64,000 nucleotides of DNA from contig PGYQ01000002.1 of assembly GCA_002839745.1 (NCBI GenBank), positions 21,515 to 85,514 of the forward strand. The letters are read 5' to 3'. The translations under genes and the position numbers were made by a program. Within the stretch, counting starts at the first letter, position 1. Each line of letters begins with the position of its first letter. Shown in pieces: positions 9,332 to 19,269 of the stretch. This stretch comes from Candidatus Kuenenbacteria bacterium HGW-Kuenenbacteria-1. GTDB lineage: Bacteria > Patescibacteriota > Patescibacteriia > UBA2591 > PGYQ01. The notes under the pieces were generated by a model that saw only the letters and a program-made list of their open reading frames with translations, was not told the origin of the DNA and ran no database searches.

Positions 9332-12001
9332 ATGTTATACGACGAATTTAACTCATATAAAAACTTTGCCGGCGCTGATGTTTTCAAAAACAAAGCGACT
9401 GAAAAAACGGATATTTTGAAAAATCTCAATCCGGCTTTTCCAGCGCGCGAATATCAAAAAGAAGCGTTGGGGCGATTTTATTATTATTGCGAAGAATATC
9501 ATCAAAAACTCAAACCAATTCACTTGATGTTTAATATGGCGACCGGCTCGGGCAAGACGCTCATAATGGCCGCTAATCTTTTGTATTTTTATCAAAAAGG
9601 TTATCGCAATTTTATTTTCTTTACTCGTCTTGGCAATATTATTCAAAAAACTAAAGCCAATTTTCTTGATCCAAATTCAAAAAAATATCTGTTTGCCGAC
9701 AAAATTATGCTAGGCGGACAGGAAATAAAAATCAAAGAATATAATAATTTTGAAGGAGTAAATGATGACGATATAAACATTATTTTTTCTACAACCGCTC
9801 TTTTGCATTCTCGCTTTAATTTCGCTCGCGAAAATGTTTTAACTTATGAAGATTTTACAGATAAAAAAATTGTTTTGATTGCGGATGAAGCGCACAACCT
9901 ATCTGCGGAAACAAATAATAAAATAAGTAAAACCGAAGAAGAAGACCGTCGAAACTGGGAGAATACAGTAGTGCGGATTTTGAACGCCAACAGCCAAAAA
10001 GAAAATGTCCTTTTGGAATTTACAGCAACGGCTCGTTTAGAACAGGAATATCCGGAAATTTTAGAAAAATATAAAGATAAAGCGATTTATCGTTATGATC
10101 TGAAAGAATATCGCTTGGACGGATTTTCAAAAGATGTACGAACTTTGCAAATCAACGCGCCAACTATTGAACGCGCTCTCTCGGCAGTGATAATTTCTCA
10201 ATATCGCCGAAAAGTAGCAGAAAAGTATAAAATCGCTTTGAAACCAGTGGTAATGTTTAAAGCAAATAGAGTCAGTATTCCAAAAGAAGGAATATCAAAA
10301 GAACACAATCCACAGATTGTCGTTTCAAACATTTTTAAAGAATCTTTTCATAAACTTATTTCTAAACTCGGCGAAAAACACCTAACACAACAAACAGCAA
10401 TTAAAGATGCGACATTACAAAAAGCATTTCAATTTTTCAATGAGCAAAAAATTTCTTTGGCAGATTTAGTGGCAGAAATTAAAAGCGATTTTGCGCCGGA
10501 AAAATGTTTGACAGTTGATGAATATAAAGATTTAGAGCAAAAACAAATTTTACTTAATTCGTTGGAAGATCAAAACAATGAAATCCGCGCTATTTTCGCA
10601 ACAGAAAAATTGAATGAGGGCTGGGATGTTTTAAATCTTTTTGATATTGTCAGGCTCTATAATAGCCGTGACGTCAAAAACAATAAACCGGGTAAAACAA
10701 CTGTGCAAGAGGCGCAACTTATCGGGCGAGGTGCAAGATATTATCCATTCACACTCGGCGACTTTACAGACGCATACAGGCGAAAATTTGATACCGACAC
10801 ACAAAACGAACTTCGGATTTTGGAACAGCTTTATTATCACAGCGTAACGAATCCCCGTTATATTCAAGAATTGGAAAGTGTTCTGGTTCGTGAAGGTATT
10901 ATGCCGTCACGCACAGTGCAAAAAGAGATTAAGATCAAAAGTGATTTTAAAAACAGCGATTTTTGGAATAAAGGTTTTATTTTCTTAAATGCTCGCAAAG
11001 AAAATTTAGGCAAGAATGTTTTCGCACTCTCGGACGCTAAAGCAGAATTTGACCACAACGCTGAAATAAACATCTTTCAACTATCAACGCGAGAAGCGAT
11101 AGAAAAAGATTTATTTGTTGCGGGTGCTGGCGCCGGAGTAAATGCAAAAATAGAAATTCTGGATTATAAAATCGCTGATTTGGGAACACATATTGTCCGC
11201 ACCGCTTTGGCGAAAATACCAGCCGGACGATTTGATAAATTAAAAAAAATATTTGGCAATATAGAATCCATAAAAGATTTTATTTTAAATGAAAAATATC
11301 TTGGAGGAATAAAAATTAAAGTGAGAGGTAAGAGCGAGCAAGTAGAAGATCTTTTGCAGATTGAAAAATTAAGTATTGCCGGATTTGTGATAGATAAAGT
11401 GTTAGAAATCGCCGGCAAAGAAAAAAAGGAATACTACGGAACAAAGGAATTTAAAGCTCATTTGATCCAAAAAATATTTGAAAATGACAAGGTATTGCAA
11501 TTGGATAGCGAAAGTTCACGAGCGCAAAATATGCGAGATTTTGATTTTTCTTCTCGGGATTGGTTTGCTCAAAACGAAATCTGGGGAACAAGCGAGGAAG
11601 AATCATTTTTGCGTTTTATTGATGAGTCAATAACAAAGTTAAAGAAAAAATATCAAGACATTGCATTACTTCGCAATGAACAATTTTTCAAAATTTATAA
11701 TTTTGATAATGGAGAGCCATTTTATCCAGATTTCGTTTTGTTTTTAACTGAAAAGGAAACAAAACAAGAAATTATATATCAAATTTTTGTTGAGCCAAAA
11801 GGAGATCATCTTGTATTATATGACGAATGGAAACAGGAATTTTTACTTAAGATAGAAAAAAATTACACTATTGATTTAAAACTAGAAAATAAAAATTTTC
11901 GCTTGATCGGATTGCCATTTTTTAATGAGGGTCAAGTAAATAGTGCTTTGCGTGAAAAATTTGAAGAAGTTTTTAAAAAACAATTTTTAGATATAAGCTA
12001 A
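9332..12001 (+). CDS. res: Type III restriction enzyme Res subunit (SF2 helicase-nuclease)
   Basis: Helicase motif I (MATGSGKT), motif II (IADEAHNL), 889 aa, start 3 nt after the mod stop. Confidence 0.8.
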   Translation: MLYDEFNSYKNFAGADVFKNKATEKTDILKNLNPAFPAREYQKEALGRFYYYCEEYHQKLKPIHLMFNMATGSGKTLIMAANLLYFYQKGYRNFIFFTRLGNIIQKTKANFLDPNSKKYLFADKIMLGGQEIKIKEYNNFEGVNDDDINIIFSTTALLHSRFNFARENVLTYEDFTDKKIVLIADEAHNLSAETNNKISKTEEEDRRNWENTVVRILNANSQKENVLLEFTATARLEQEYPEILEKYKDKAIYRYDLKEYRLDGFSKDVRTLQINAPTIERALSAVIISQYRRKVAEKYKIALKPVVMFKANRVSIPKEGISKEHNPQIVVSNIFKESFHKLISKLGEKHLTQQTAIKDATLQKAFQFFNEQKISLADLVAEIKSDFAPEKCLTVDEYKDLEQKQILLNSLEDQNNEIRAIFATEKLNEGWDVLNLFDIVRLYNSRDVKNNKPGKTTVQEAQLIGRGARYYPFTLGDFTDAYRRKFDTDTQNELRILEQLYYHSVTNPRYIQELESVLVREGIMPSRTVQKEIKIKSDFKNSDFWNKGFIFLNARKENLGKNVFALSDAKAEFDHNAEINIFQLSTREAIEKDLFVAGAGAGVNAKIEILDYKIADLGTHIVRTALAKIPAGRFDKLKKIFGNIESIKDFILNEKYLGGIKIKVRGKSEQVEDLLQIEKLSIAGFVIDKVLEIAGKEKKEYYGTKEFKAHLIQKIFENDKVLQLDSESSRAQNMRDFDFSSRDWFAQNEIWGTSEEESFLRFIDESITKLKKKYQDIALLRNEQFFKIYNFDNGEPFYPDFVLFLTEKETKQEIIYQIFVEPKGDHLVLYDEWKQEFLLKIEKNYTIDLKLENKNFRLIGLPFFNEGQVNSALREKFEEVFKKQFLDIS

Positions 12002-12125
12002 TTTTTTGTGTAATACATTATCGCTATACTATAAACCTAAAAAATAATATTTTATTTTACTAATTTTATATTTTCATTATAGATTTGTTGCCGAATGCCA
12101 TATTTATTCAATATTTTATAAAACT

Positions 12126-15100
12126 ATGTATCAATTTTACAGTTTAGTTGATGATAAACAAGAAAATTGTTATTACATTGACACAAATTCATCTTTGAAT
12201 AAAAAAGAAATTAAAATTTTGACCAAAATTTTGGCTAATGGTTTTATTGAAAAAAATATTAGTTTAGTTTCAAAATTAAATGATGAAAAAGTAATTGAAA
12301 TTGGACCTAGACTTAATTTTGCTACTGCTTTTTCTAGTAATGCTGTATCAGTTTGTCATAATTGCGGATTAAAAATAATTATACGAATTGAAAAAGCAAA
12401 AAGATATGATTTAAATAAAAATGATGATAGAAATAATTTCATTAAAACAAATCATGATAAAATGACTGAAATTGTTTATGAAAAAAAGTTAGAAAATTTT
12501 AAAACAAATTTAATTCCAAAACCAGTCTATGAAGTAAAAATTTTAGAACAAGGAATTGATGCTTTGAAAAAAATAAATAAAGAAATGGGCTTGGGAATGG
12601 ATGATTGGGACGAACAATTTTATTTCAATCTTTTTATTAATGACATAAAAAGAAATCCTACCAATGTTGAATGTTTTCAATTAGGTCAAGCTAATAGTGA
12701 ACATTCTAGACATTGGTTTTTTAAAGGCAGAATGATAATAGATGGAAAAGAAAAAGAAGAAACTTTGTTAGAAATAGTTCAATCAACTTTAAAAGCTAAT
12801 ATTGCAAATAGTTTAATTGCTTTTACTGATAATTCAAGCGCTATAAAAGGTTATGCTATTGAAACAATTATTCCAAAAACACCTGGAAAAGTTTCGTATT
12901 TTATAAAAACAAAGAAAAAATATAATTTTATTTTTACAGCTGAAACACATAATTTTCCAACAGGAATTGCTCCTTTTTCTGGTGCTGAAACAGGATCAGG
13001 AGGACGAATTAGAGATGTTCAAGCAACAGGAAAAGGATCTTTAGTTGTGGCAGGAACTGCTGGTTATGCAATTGGTAATCTTAATATTCCTAAATATAAT
13101 TTAGTTAATGAAAATAAAAATTTTAAATATCCAGATAATTTAGCAAGTGCTTTAAAAATTCAAATAGATGCTTCAAATGGAGTTTCTGATTATGGAAATA
13201 AATTTGGTGAACCATTAATTCAAGGATTTAATCGTTCTTTTGGTCAAATACTTCCTGATAAAACACGACAAGAATGGATAAAACCAATATTATTTTCTGG
13301 CGGTGTTGGACAAATTGATAATATTCATATTAAAAAATATAAAGTAGAAATTAAAATGTGTATAATTCAAATCGGCGGTCCAGCTTATCGTATTGGAATG
13401 GGTGGTGGAGCAGCTTCAAGTATGATTCAAGGTGAAAATAAAACAGAATTAGATTTTAATGCTGTTCAACGTGGTGATGCTGAAATTGAACAAAAAATAA
13501 ATCGAGTTATTCGCGCTTGTGTAGAAATGGGAAATAATAATCCAATTATTAGTATTCATGATCAAGGAGCTGGAGGACCTTGTAATGTTTTAACAGAATT
13601 AGTAGAACCAATCGGTGGCAAAATAGAAATTAGAAAAATTAATTTAGGTGATAAAACAATGTCAGTTTTAGAAATTTGGGGATGTGAATATCAAGAAAGA
13701 CAAGCTTTATTAATTAAACCAAATAAATTAAAATTATTTTTAAATATTTGTAAAAGAGAACATAGTGATTGTGAAATATTAGGAACAATTACTGGCGATG
13801 GAAAAATTATTGTTTATGATAATGAAAATAAATCAACACCAGTTAATTTAGAACTTTCTAAAATTCTTGGCAAAATGCCTAAAAAAATATTTAAAGACAC
13901 AAGTTTAAAAATGAAATTAACTCCATTAATATTTCCAAATAATTTATCTTTTGAAAAAGCTTTAGAAAATGTTTTACATTTGCCATCAGTTTGTTCAAAA
14001 AGATTTTTAACAACAAAAGTAGATCGCAGTGTAACAGGTTTAATTGCTCGTCAACAATGTGTTGGTCCTTTGCAACTTCCATTATCTGATGTTGCAGTAA
14101 TCGCACAAAGTCATTTTAATAAAACTGGCGCAGCTATTTCAATTGGGGAACAACCAATAAAAATTTTAGTTAACCCAGAAGCAGGCGCGCGGATGTCAGT
14201 TGGCGAAGCATTAACAAATATTGTTTGGGCAAAAATAAGTAAATTAGAAAATATTAAATGTTCTGGAAATTGGATGTGGCCAGCAAAATTACCAGGTGAA
14301 GCTTCAAGAATTTATCAATCAGCTTCAGCAATGCGTGATTTAATGATTAAATTAGGAATTGCAATTGATGGAGGAAAAGATAGTTTATCAATGGCAACAA
14401 AAATGAAAAATGAAATTATTAAATCACCAGAAGAATTAGTTATTTCAGCATATTCTTCAATGCCAGATATTAATAAAGTAATTACGCCAGATATTAAATA
14501 TGCTGGAGAAAGTGAGCTTTGGATTATTGATTTAGGAAAATCAAAATGTCGTTTAGGAGGATCAGCTTTAGCTCAAACTGTTAAACAAATTGGAAATCAA
14601 TCGCCAGATGTTGATGATGCAGAAATATTAAAACAATCTTTTTTAGCAATACAAGAATTAATTGAAAAAGATTTAATTATTTCAGGACACGATCGTTCAG
14701 ACGGCGGTTTAATAACAACATTACTTGAAATGGCTTTTGCTGGAAATTGTGGTTTAAAAATTAAAACAGAAAATAATGCTGATAAATTTGCTTATTATTT
14801 TAATGAAGAATTAGGTTATATAATTGAAGTAAAAAATAATCTAAAAAAAGAATTTTTAAAAATTATAAATAAATATAACTTAAATAATTTAACAGAATCT
14901 ATTGCAAAAACTATTATTGAAAAAGAAATTATTATTAACCATAATAATGAATTAATTTTAAAAAATTCAATGCAAAAATTAAGAGATATTTGGGAAGAAA
15001 CAAGTCATCAAATTAATTTACTTCAAACTGATCCAAAATGCGCTCAAGAAGAAAAAAATAATATTTTTAATCAACAAGTATTAGAATATAAAATTTCTTT

Positions 15101-15938
15101 TAAACCACAATTAACAACACAAAAAATATTAAACAGTATTAATAAACCTAAAATTGCAATTATTCGCGAAGAAGGAAGCAATGGAGATCGTGAAATGGCT
15201 AGTGCATTTTATTCTGCTGGTTTTGAAGTTTGGGATGTTACAATGTCTGATTTGCACACAGAAAAAATTAAATTAGATAAATTTAGAGGAATTGCTTTTG
15301 TTGGTGGATTTTCTTACGCAGATGTTTTTGCTTCAGCAAAAGGCTGGGCAAGTAATATAAAATTTAATCCAAAAATAAGTGAAATGTTTTCTAATTTTTA
15401 TAATCGTCCAGATACTTTTTCTTTAGGAGTTTGTAATGGTTGTCAATTAATGACTTCAATTGGCTGGGTTCCATTTAAAAATATTAAAGTTGAAAATCAG
15501 CCAATGCTTATTAAAAATAAATCAAAACGATTTGAATCACGTTGGAGTAATATAAAAATAAAAAAAAGTCCTTCAATAATGTTGAAAGGAATGGAAAATT
15601 CAATTCTCGGTGTTTGGGTCGCACATGGCGAAGGATGTTTTAATTTTCCAGATAAATTAATTTATCAAGAAATTATAAATAAAAATTTAGCGCCAATATT
15701 TTTTGTTGACGATAAAGGCGAAGCAACAGAAAAATATCCATTCAATCCAAACGGTTCTATCAATGGCATTACTTCTCTTTGTTCTGAAAATGGTCGTCAT
15801 TTAGCAATGATGCCTCATCCAGAAAGAGCATTTTTAAAATCACAATGGCCATGGATGTCAGAGAAAATGAAAAAAGAATTAAAAGCTTCGCCTTGGTTAA
15901 AAATGTTTCAAAATGCATATGAGTGGTGTAAAAAATAA
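12126..15938 (+). CDS. purL: phosphoribosylformylglycinamidine synthase, large single-chain form with C-terminal glutamine amidotransferase domain
   Basis: 1270 aa. FGAM synthetase domains plus the C-terminal type I glutamine amidotransferase (GATase) motif (GVCNGCQLM). Confidence 0.85.
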   Translation: MYQFYSLVDDKQENCYYIDTNSSLNKKEIKILTKILANGFIEKNISLVSKLNDEKVIEIGPRLNFATAFSSNAVSVCHNCGLKIIIRIEKAKRYDLNKNDDRNNFIKTNHDKMTEIVYEKKLENFKTNLIPKPVYEVKILEQGIDALKKINKEMGLGMDDWDEQFYFNLFINDIKRNPTNVECFQLGQANSEHSRHWFFKGRMIIDGKEKEETLLEIVQSTLKANIANSLIAFTDNSSAIKGYAIETIIPKTPGKVSYFIKTKKKYNFIFTAETHNFPTGIAPFSGAETGSGGRIRDVQATGKGSLVVAGTAGYAIGNLNIPKYNLVNENKNFKYPDNLASALKIQIDASNGVSDYGNKFGEPLIQGFNRSFGQILPDKTRQEWIKPILFSGGVGQIDNIHIKKYKVEIKMCIIQIGGPAYRIGMGGGAASSMIQGENKTELDFNAVQRGDAEIEQKINRVIRACVEMGNNNPIISIHDQGAGGPCNVLTELVEPIGGKIEIRKINLGDKTMSVLEIWGCEYQERQALLIKPNKLKLFLNICKREHSDCEILGTITGDGKIIVYDNENKSTPVNLELSKILGKMPKKIFKDTSLKMKLTPLIFPNNLSFEKALENVLHLPSVCSKRFLTTKVDRSVTGLIARQQCVGPLQLPLSDVAVIAQSHFNKTGAAISIGEQPIKILVNPEAGARMSVGEALTNIVWAKISKLENIKCSGNWMWPAKLPGEASRIYQSASAMRDLMIKLGIAIDGGKDSLSMATKMKNEIIKSPEELVISAYSSMPDINKVITPDIKYAGESELWIIDLGKSKCRLGGSALAQTVKQIGNQSPDVDDAEILKQSFLAIQELIEKDLIISGHDRSDGGLITTLLEMAFAGNCGLKIKTENNADKFAYYFNEELGYIIEVKNNLKKEFLKIINKYNLNNLTESIAKTIIEKEIIINHNNELILKNSMQKLRDIWEETSHQINLLQTDPKCAQEEKNNIFNQQVLEYKISFKPQLTTQKILNSINKPKIAIIREEGSNGDREMASAFYSAGFEVWDVTMSDLHTEKIKLDKFRGIAFVGGFSYADVFASAKGWASNIKFNPKISEMFSNFYNRPDTFSLGVCNGCQLMTSIGWVPFKNIKVENQPMLIKNKSKRFESRWSNIKIKKSPSIMLKGMENSILGVWVAHGEGCFNFPDKLIYQEIINKNLAPIFFVDDKGEATEKYPFNPNGSINGITSLCSENGRHLAMMPHPERAFLKSQWPWMSEKMKKELKASPWLKMFQNAYEWCKK

Positions 15939-16041
15939 TTAATTAAGTAAAAATATGCCAAATTTTTCTTTTCTTATTTTTCTTATTTTTTTCTTTCCTT
16001 CCACTGTGTTAACACAATGAAATTTAATAAACATTTTTCTC

Positions 16042-16653
16042 CTAATTTTTATTTTTACCATTAATTACAATCAAGGCATGGAAATCTTGATATAAACAAA
16101 AATCTTTTTTTAAATTTTCCTCAAATAATTTTTGTAAAAATTGATAATCTATTTTATCTGACAAATTACGTTTTTTAACCAATCTTTTTGTATACTCATC
16201 AATAACAAAAATTGGTTTATCTAAAGCATAAAGCAAAATACTATCTGCTGTCTCTGGCCCTATGCCTTTTACTTTTAATAATTTTTCTCTTAATTCTTTT
16301 AAGTCATATTTTTCTAATTTTTCCAAATTTCCATAATTCTCAATTATAAATTTAGATAAATTAAAAAGATATTGCGCTTTTATTTCATAAAATCCAACTG
16401 ATTTAATTAAATACGCTATTTTTTTTGAGCCTAAACAATAAATATCTTTTAAAGAAATAATTTTTTTATTCTTTAAATTTTCTAAAGCTAATTCTACATT
16501 TTTCCAACTTGTTCTTTGAGTTAAAATTGCGCTTATCATTACTTTTTCTTTCTCTTGTTCAGTTTTTGGTCTTTTTAACCAAAGATTCCATTGCTCATTG
16601 GGTGCTTTATATTTTTTTCTTAATTCTTGATATAATTTTTCAAAAATATTCAT
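16042..16653 (-). CDS. HhH-GPD superfamily DNA glycosylase (endonuclease III-like, no C-terminal FeS Cys cluster)
   Basis: HhH-GPD motif (GIGPETADSILLYAL), ILTQRTSW helix; 203 aa. Confidence 0.6.
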   Translation of the reverse strand: MNIFEKLYQELRKKYKAPNEQWNLWLKRPKTEQEKEKVMISAILTQRTSWKNVELALENLKNKKIISLKDIYCLGSKKIAYLIKSVGFYEIKAQYLFNLSKFIIENYGNLEKLEKYDLKELREKLLKVKGIGPETADSILLYALDKPIFVIDEYTKRLVKKRNLSDKIDYQFLQKLFEENLKKDFCLYQDFHALIVINGKNKN

Positions 16654-16682
16654 TTCTTTTATTTAAAAAAATTTTATTTTTC

Positions 16683-16758
16683 TGGAGCCGTCCATCGGAT
16701 TCGAACCGATGACCTACAGTTTACAAAACTGTTGCTCTACCAGCTGAGCTAGGACGGC
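16683..16758 (-). tRNA. tRNA-Thr (anticodon TGT), CCA encoded
   Basis: Cloverleaf read by hand. Acceptor GCCGTCC/GGACGGC, D-arm GCTC..GAGC, anticodon arm ACAGT-TTTGTAA-ACTGT, T-arm ATCGG-TTCGAAT-CCGAT. Confidence 0.8.
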
Positions 16759-16772
16759 ACAAAAATAAAATT

Positions 16773-16807
16773 TCTAATTTCTAATTTCTAATTTCTAATT
16801 TCTAATT
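16773..16807. repeat. heptamer tandem repeat (TCTAATT)x5 between two tRNA elements
   Basis: Five perfect tandem copies. Confidence 0.9.
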
Positions 16808-16810
16808 CCT

Positions 16811-16852
16811 ACTCCTTACCATGGAGTTGCTCTACCACTGAGCTACGTCGGC
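16811..16852 (-). pseudogene. 5' half of a tRNA-Thr(GGT): acceptor 5' strand, D-arm and complete anticodon arm. Variable loop, T-arm and acceptor 3' strand are missing.
   Basis: Minus strand reads GCCGACG-TA-GCTC-AGTGGTAGA-GAGC-A-ACTCC-ATGGTAA-GGAGT, then runs into the heptamer repeats. Confidence 0.6.
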
Positions 16853-16976
16853 AAAAAAGTTTAAAGTTCAAAGTATAAAGTTAAAAATTCAAAATTAATT
16901 TATAACTCAAAATTCAAAACTTGTGTAAAGCTTGCTACGCTGTGGCGAAGTAAAGCCGAACCATTTAAAATTTCTT

Positions 16977-17771
16977 TTACATTTTTTTAATTCTTTCTTC
17001 AAATTCTTTTATTTTTTGATTTTCTGGATTAACTTCTTTTAATTTTTTTAAAACTTTTTCTGCTAAGAATTGATTTTTTATAATTATATATTCTTCAATT
17101 AATAAATCAAGGTTTCTAGGATTATTAGGTGTTAAAAGTAATGCTTTCTTAAAATTATTTATTGCACTTTCATGTTCTCCTAATGTTTTATGAATAATCC
17201 CTAATTGAGCAGAAACCGTTTCATTGTTAATGTCTAATTTTTGGATAAAATACAAAATTTCTTTTGTATGATCATAATCATTTTGCTGAAAATAAATTTC
17301 AGCTAATTGCTTATATGCTTCAATATTTTTAGAATCAAAACTAATGATTTCAATAAAAAAACTTTCTGCTTTTTTAAACTCTTTCTTTTCTATTAATTCC
17401 TTTCCTTGAATAAATAAATTTTTAATTTTATCTTGAACTAATTCTGGTTCTTTTTTTATTAAATGTTTATATTTTAAAATATATTTTTGTTCTAAAATTA
17501 AAAATTTCTCTCTAAGTTTAGAAAAAAACTTTTTTATTTTTTCATTAAATGGTTTTAAAAAACGTAAAAAATGTAAAATTTTTTTATATTTTTCTTCTAA
17601 TTTTCTTTCTAATCTATTTTTAATAATTTCTTTTTTTGTTTCTACTTGCTGTTCTTTAGGTAAATTTTCTATTTCAATTAAAGAAAGTCTGGGAAATTTT
17701 GGAATTATAATTTTTAAAATAATCCCAAAACTAATTAAAATTATAAAAATAAAAAGAATATTTATAAACAT
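16977..17771 (-). CDS. TPR-repeat protein with N-terminal TM anchor
   Basis: N-terminal hydrophobic helix; TPR-like repeats (AYKQLAEIYFQQNDYDHTKEIL..). Confidence 0.5.
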   Translation of the reverse strand: MFINILFIFIILISFGIILKIIIPKFPRLSLIEIENLPKEQQVETKKEIIKNRLERKLEEKYKKILHFLRFLKPFNEKIKKFFSKLREKFLILEQKYILKYKHLIKKEPELVQDKIKNLFIQGKELIEKKEFKKAESFFIEIISFDSKNIEAYKQLAEIYFQQNDYDHTKEILYFIQKLDINNETVSAQLGIIHKTLGEHESAINNFKKALLLTPNNPRNLDLLIEEYIIIKNQFLAEKVLKKLKEVNPENQKIKEFEERIKKM

Positions 17772-17809
17772 AAAATTAAAATAAAATTTATAGAAAATTA
17801 TCCATTAAT

Positions 17810-18583
17810 TTATTCGATCATCTTTACAACTTCATCTATTTTTAAACTCGCTCCACCAACTAATACCCCATCTATTGTTGACTGATCTATAAATGATTTA
17901 ATATTAGTAGAATCGACGCTACCACCATAAATGATTTGAAAATTATTTTGTACTAAATTTAAAGAATATAAATTAATAATAGCATACTTAATTTTTTTAA
18001 TAGAATCTTCCGCTTCTTGTGAATTAATTGAATGTCCAGTCCCAATAGCCCAAATGGGCTCATAAGCAATAATAATTTTTTGATTTTTTTTAACACTTAC
18101 ACCTTCTAATGCTTTGTTTATTTGATTAAAAATAATAAAATCTCTTTTATTATTTTGTTTTTGTTTTAAGCTTTCACCTATACAAATAATTGGAATTAAG
18201 TTTTTTTTCAAAGTGGCTTTTACTTTTTTATTTACCATTTCGTCTGTTTCTTTTAAATATTGACGACGCTCAGAATGTCCAATAATTACATACTGACATC
18301 CTATTTCTTTCAACATAGTTACTGAAATTTCACCTGTAAAAGCTCCTTTTTCTTCCCAAAAAACATCTTGCGCCCCTAGTTTGGCTTGTGGTTTGTAACT
18401 TGTAACTTGTAGGAGTTTTGATAATGGTTCTAAATAAATAAATGGTGGACAAATTATTATTTCAGTATTTTTACTTTTTATTTTTTTTTCCATTAAATTA
18501 AAAAGCTGTTTAGCTTCTTGTAGAGTTACGGGATTCATTTTCCAATTGGCAATAAAAATAGACATAAAATAAACAAAATACAA
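17810..18583 (-). CDS. tpiA: triosephosphate isomerase
   Basis: IANWKMN, AYEPIWAIGTG and GGSV motifs. Confidence 0.9.
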   Translation of the reverse strand: MYFVYFMSIFIANWKMNPVTLQEAKQLFNLMEKKIKSKNTEIIICPPFIYLEPLSKLLQVTSYKPQAKLGAQDVFWEEKGAFTGEISVTMLKEIGCQYVIIGHSERRQYLKETDEMVNKKVKATLKKNLIPIICIGESLKQKQNNKRDFIIFNQINKALEGVSVKKNQKIIIAYEPIWAIGTGHSINSQEAEDSIKKIKYAIINLYSLNLVQNNFQIIYGGSVDSTNIKSFIDQSTIDGVLVGGASLKIDEVVKMIE

Positions 18584-18631
18584 AACTAGCTCTAAAAATT
18601 AATTTTAGACACTATTGTTTTTCTAATAAAT

Positions 18632-19219
18632 TTATTGCTTAATTTCACGCGGTTTATAGATTAAGGATATAATTATCCCAACAATTACACGTTCAATTAA
18701 TAAATTAACAATCCAATACATTATAACAATTTCCGCAATATTTATAAACATATAGGTAGTAAATAATCCTGGCAATATTCCCACCAACCAGATTAAAAAT
18801 CCATACCAAATCCCCTTCTCTATTTTTTCTCCAGGAATACCATGATAAAGTAAGGCAAAACCCCAAGTAAATAAAAAATTCAAAATAAAAATTCCTACAT
18901 AATATATACTCATAAATATTGGATCTTGAAAATTAACATTTCTCCAAGTTTGTGTTGGCTCTAATAAATATACCCAATTAAATAACCATCCGCAAGTTAA
19001 CATTCCCCAAGCACTACTAACAATGGCGACTACTAATCCAGCCAATAAAACTTTTCTCAAACTAATTTTTTTATCTTTTTCTATTAAGCTCCATTTTTTT
19101 AGTTTTGGCTCTTCAATCATTGCTATTTCTTTTGGTTGCTCAAGTATTGCTATTTTTTCTGGCTCTTCAATTATTGGAATCTCTGATTGAATTCCATTAA
19201 TTTTTGTTTCTTCTGTCAT
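18632..19219 (-). CDS. hypothetical integral membrane protein with N-terminal EEPxK repeats
   Basis: ORF with 4-5 predicted TM helices; no recognisable catalytic motif. Confidence 0.35.
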   Translation of the reverse strand: MTEETKINGIQSEIPIIEEPEKIAILEQPKEIAMIEEPKLKKWSLIEKDKKISLRKVLLAGLVVAIVSSAWGMLTCGWLFNWVYLLEPTQTWRNVNFQDPIFMSIYYVGIFILNFLFTWGFALLYHGIPGEKIEKGIWYGFLIWLVGILPGLFTTYMFINIAEIVIMYWIVNLLIERVIVGIIISLIYKPREIKQ

Positions 19220-19269
19220 AATTTATCCTTTCATTAAAACAGCGTTTAATATTGCTGTTTTATTATAAA

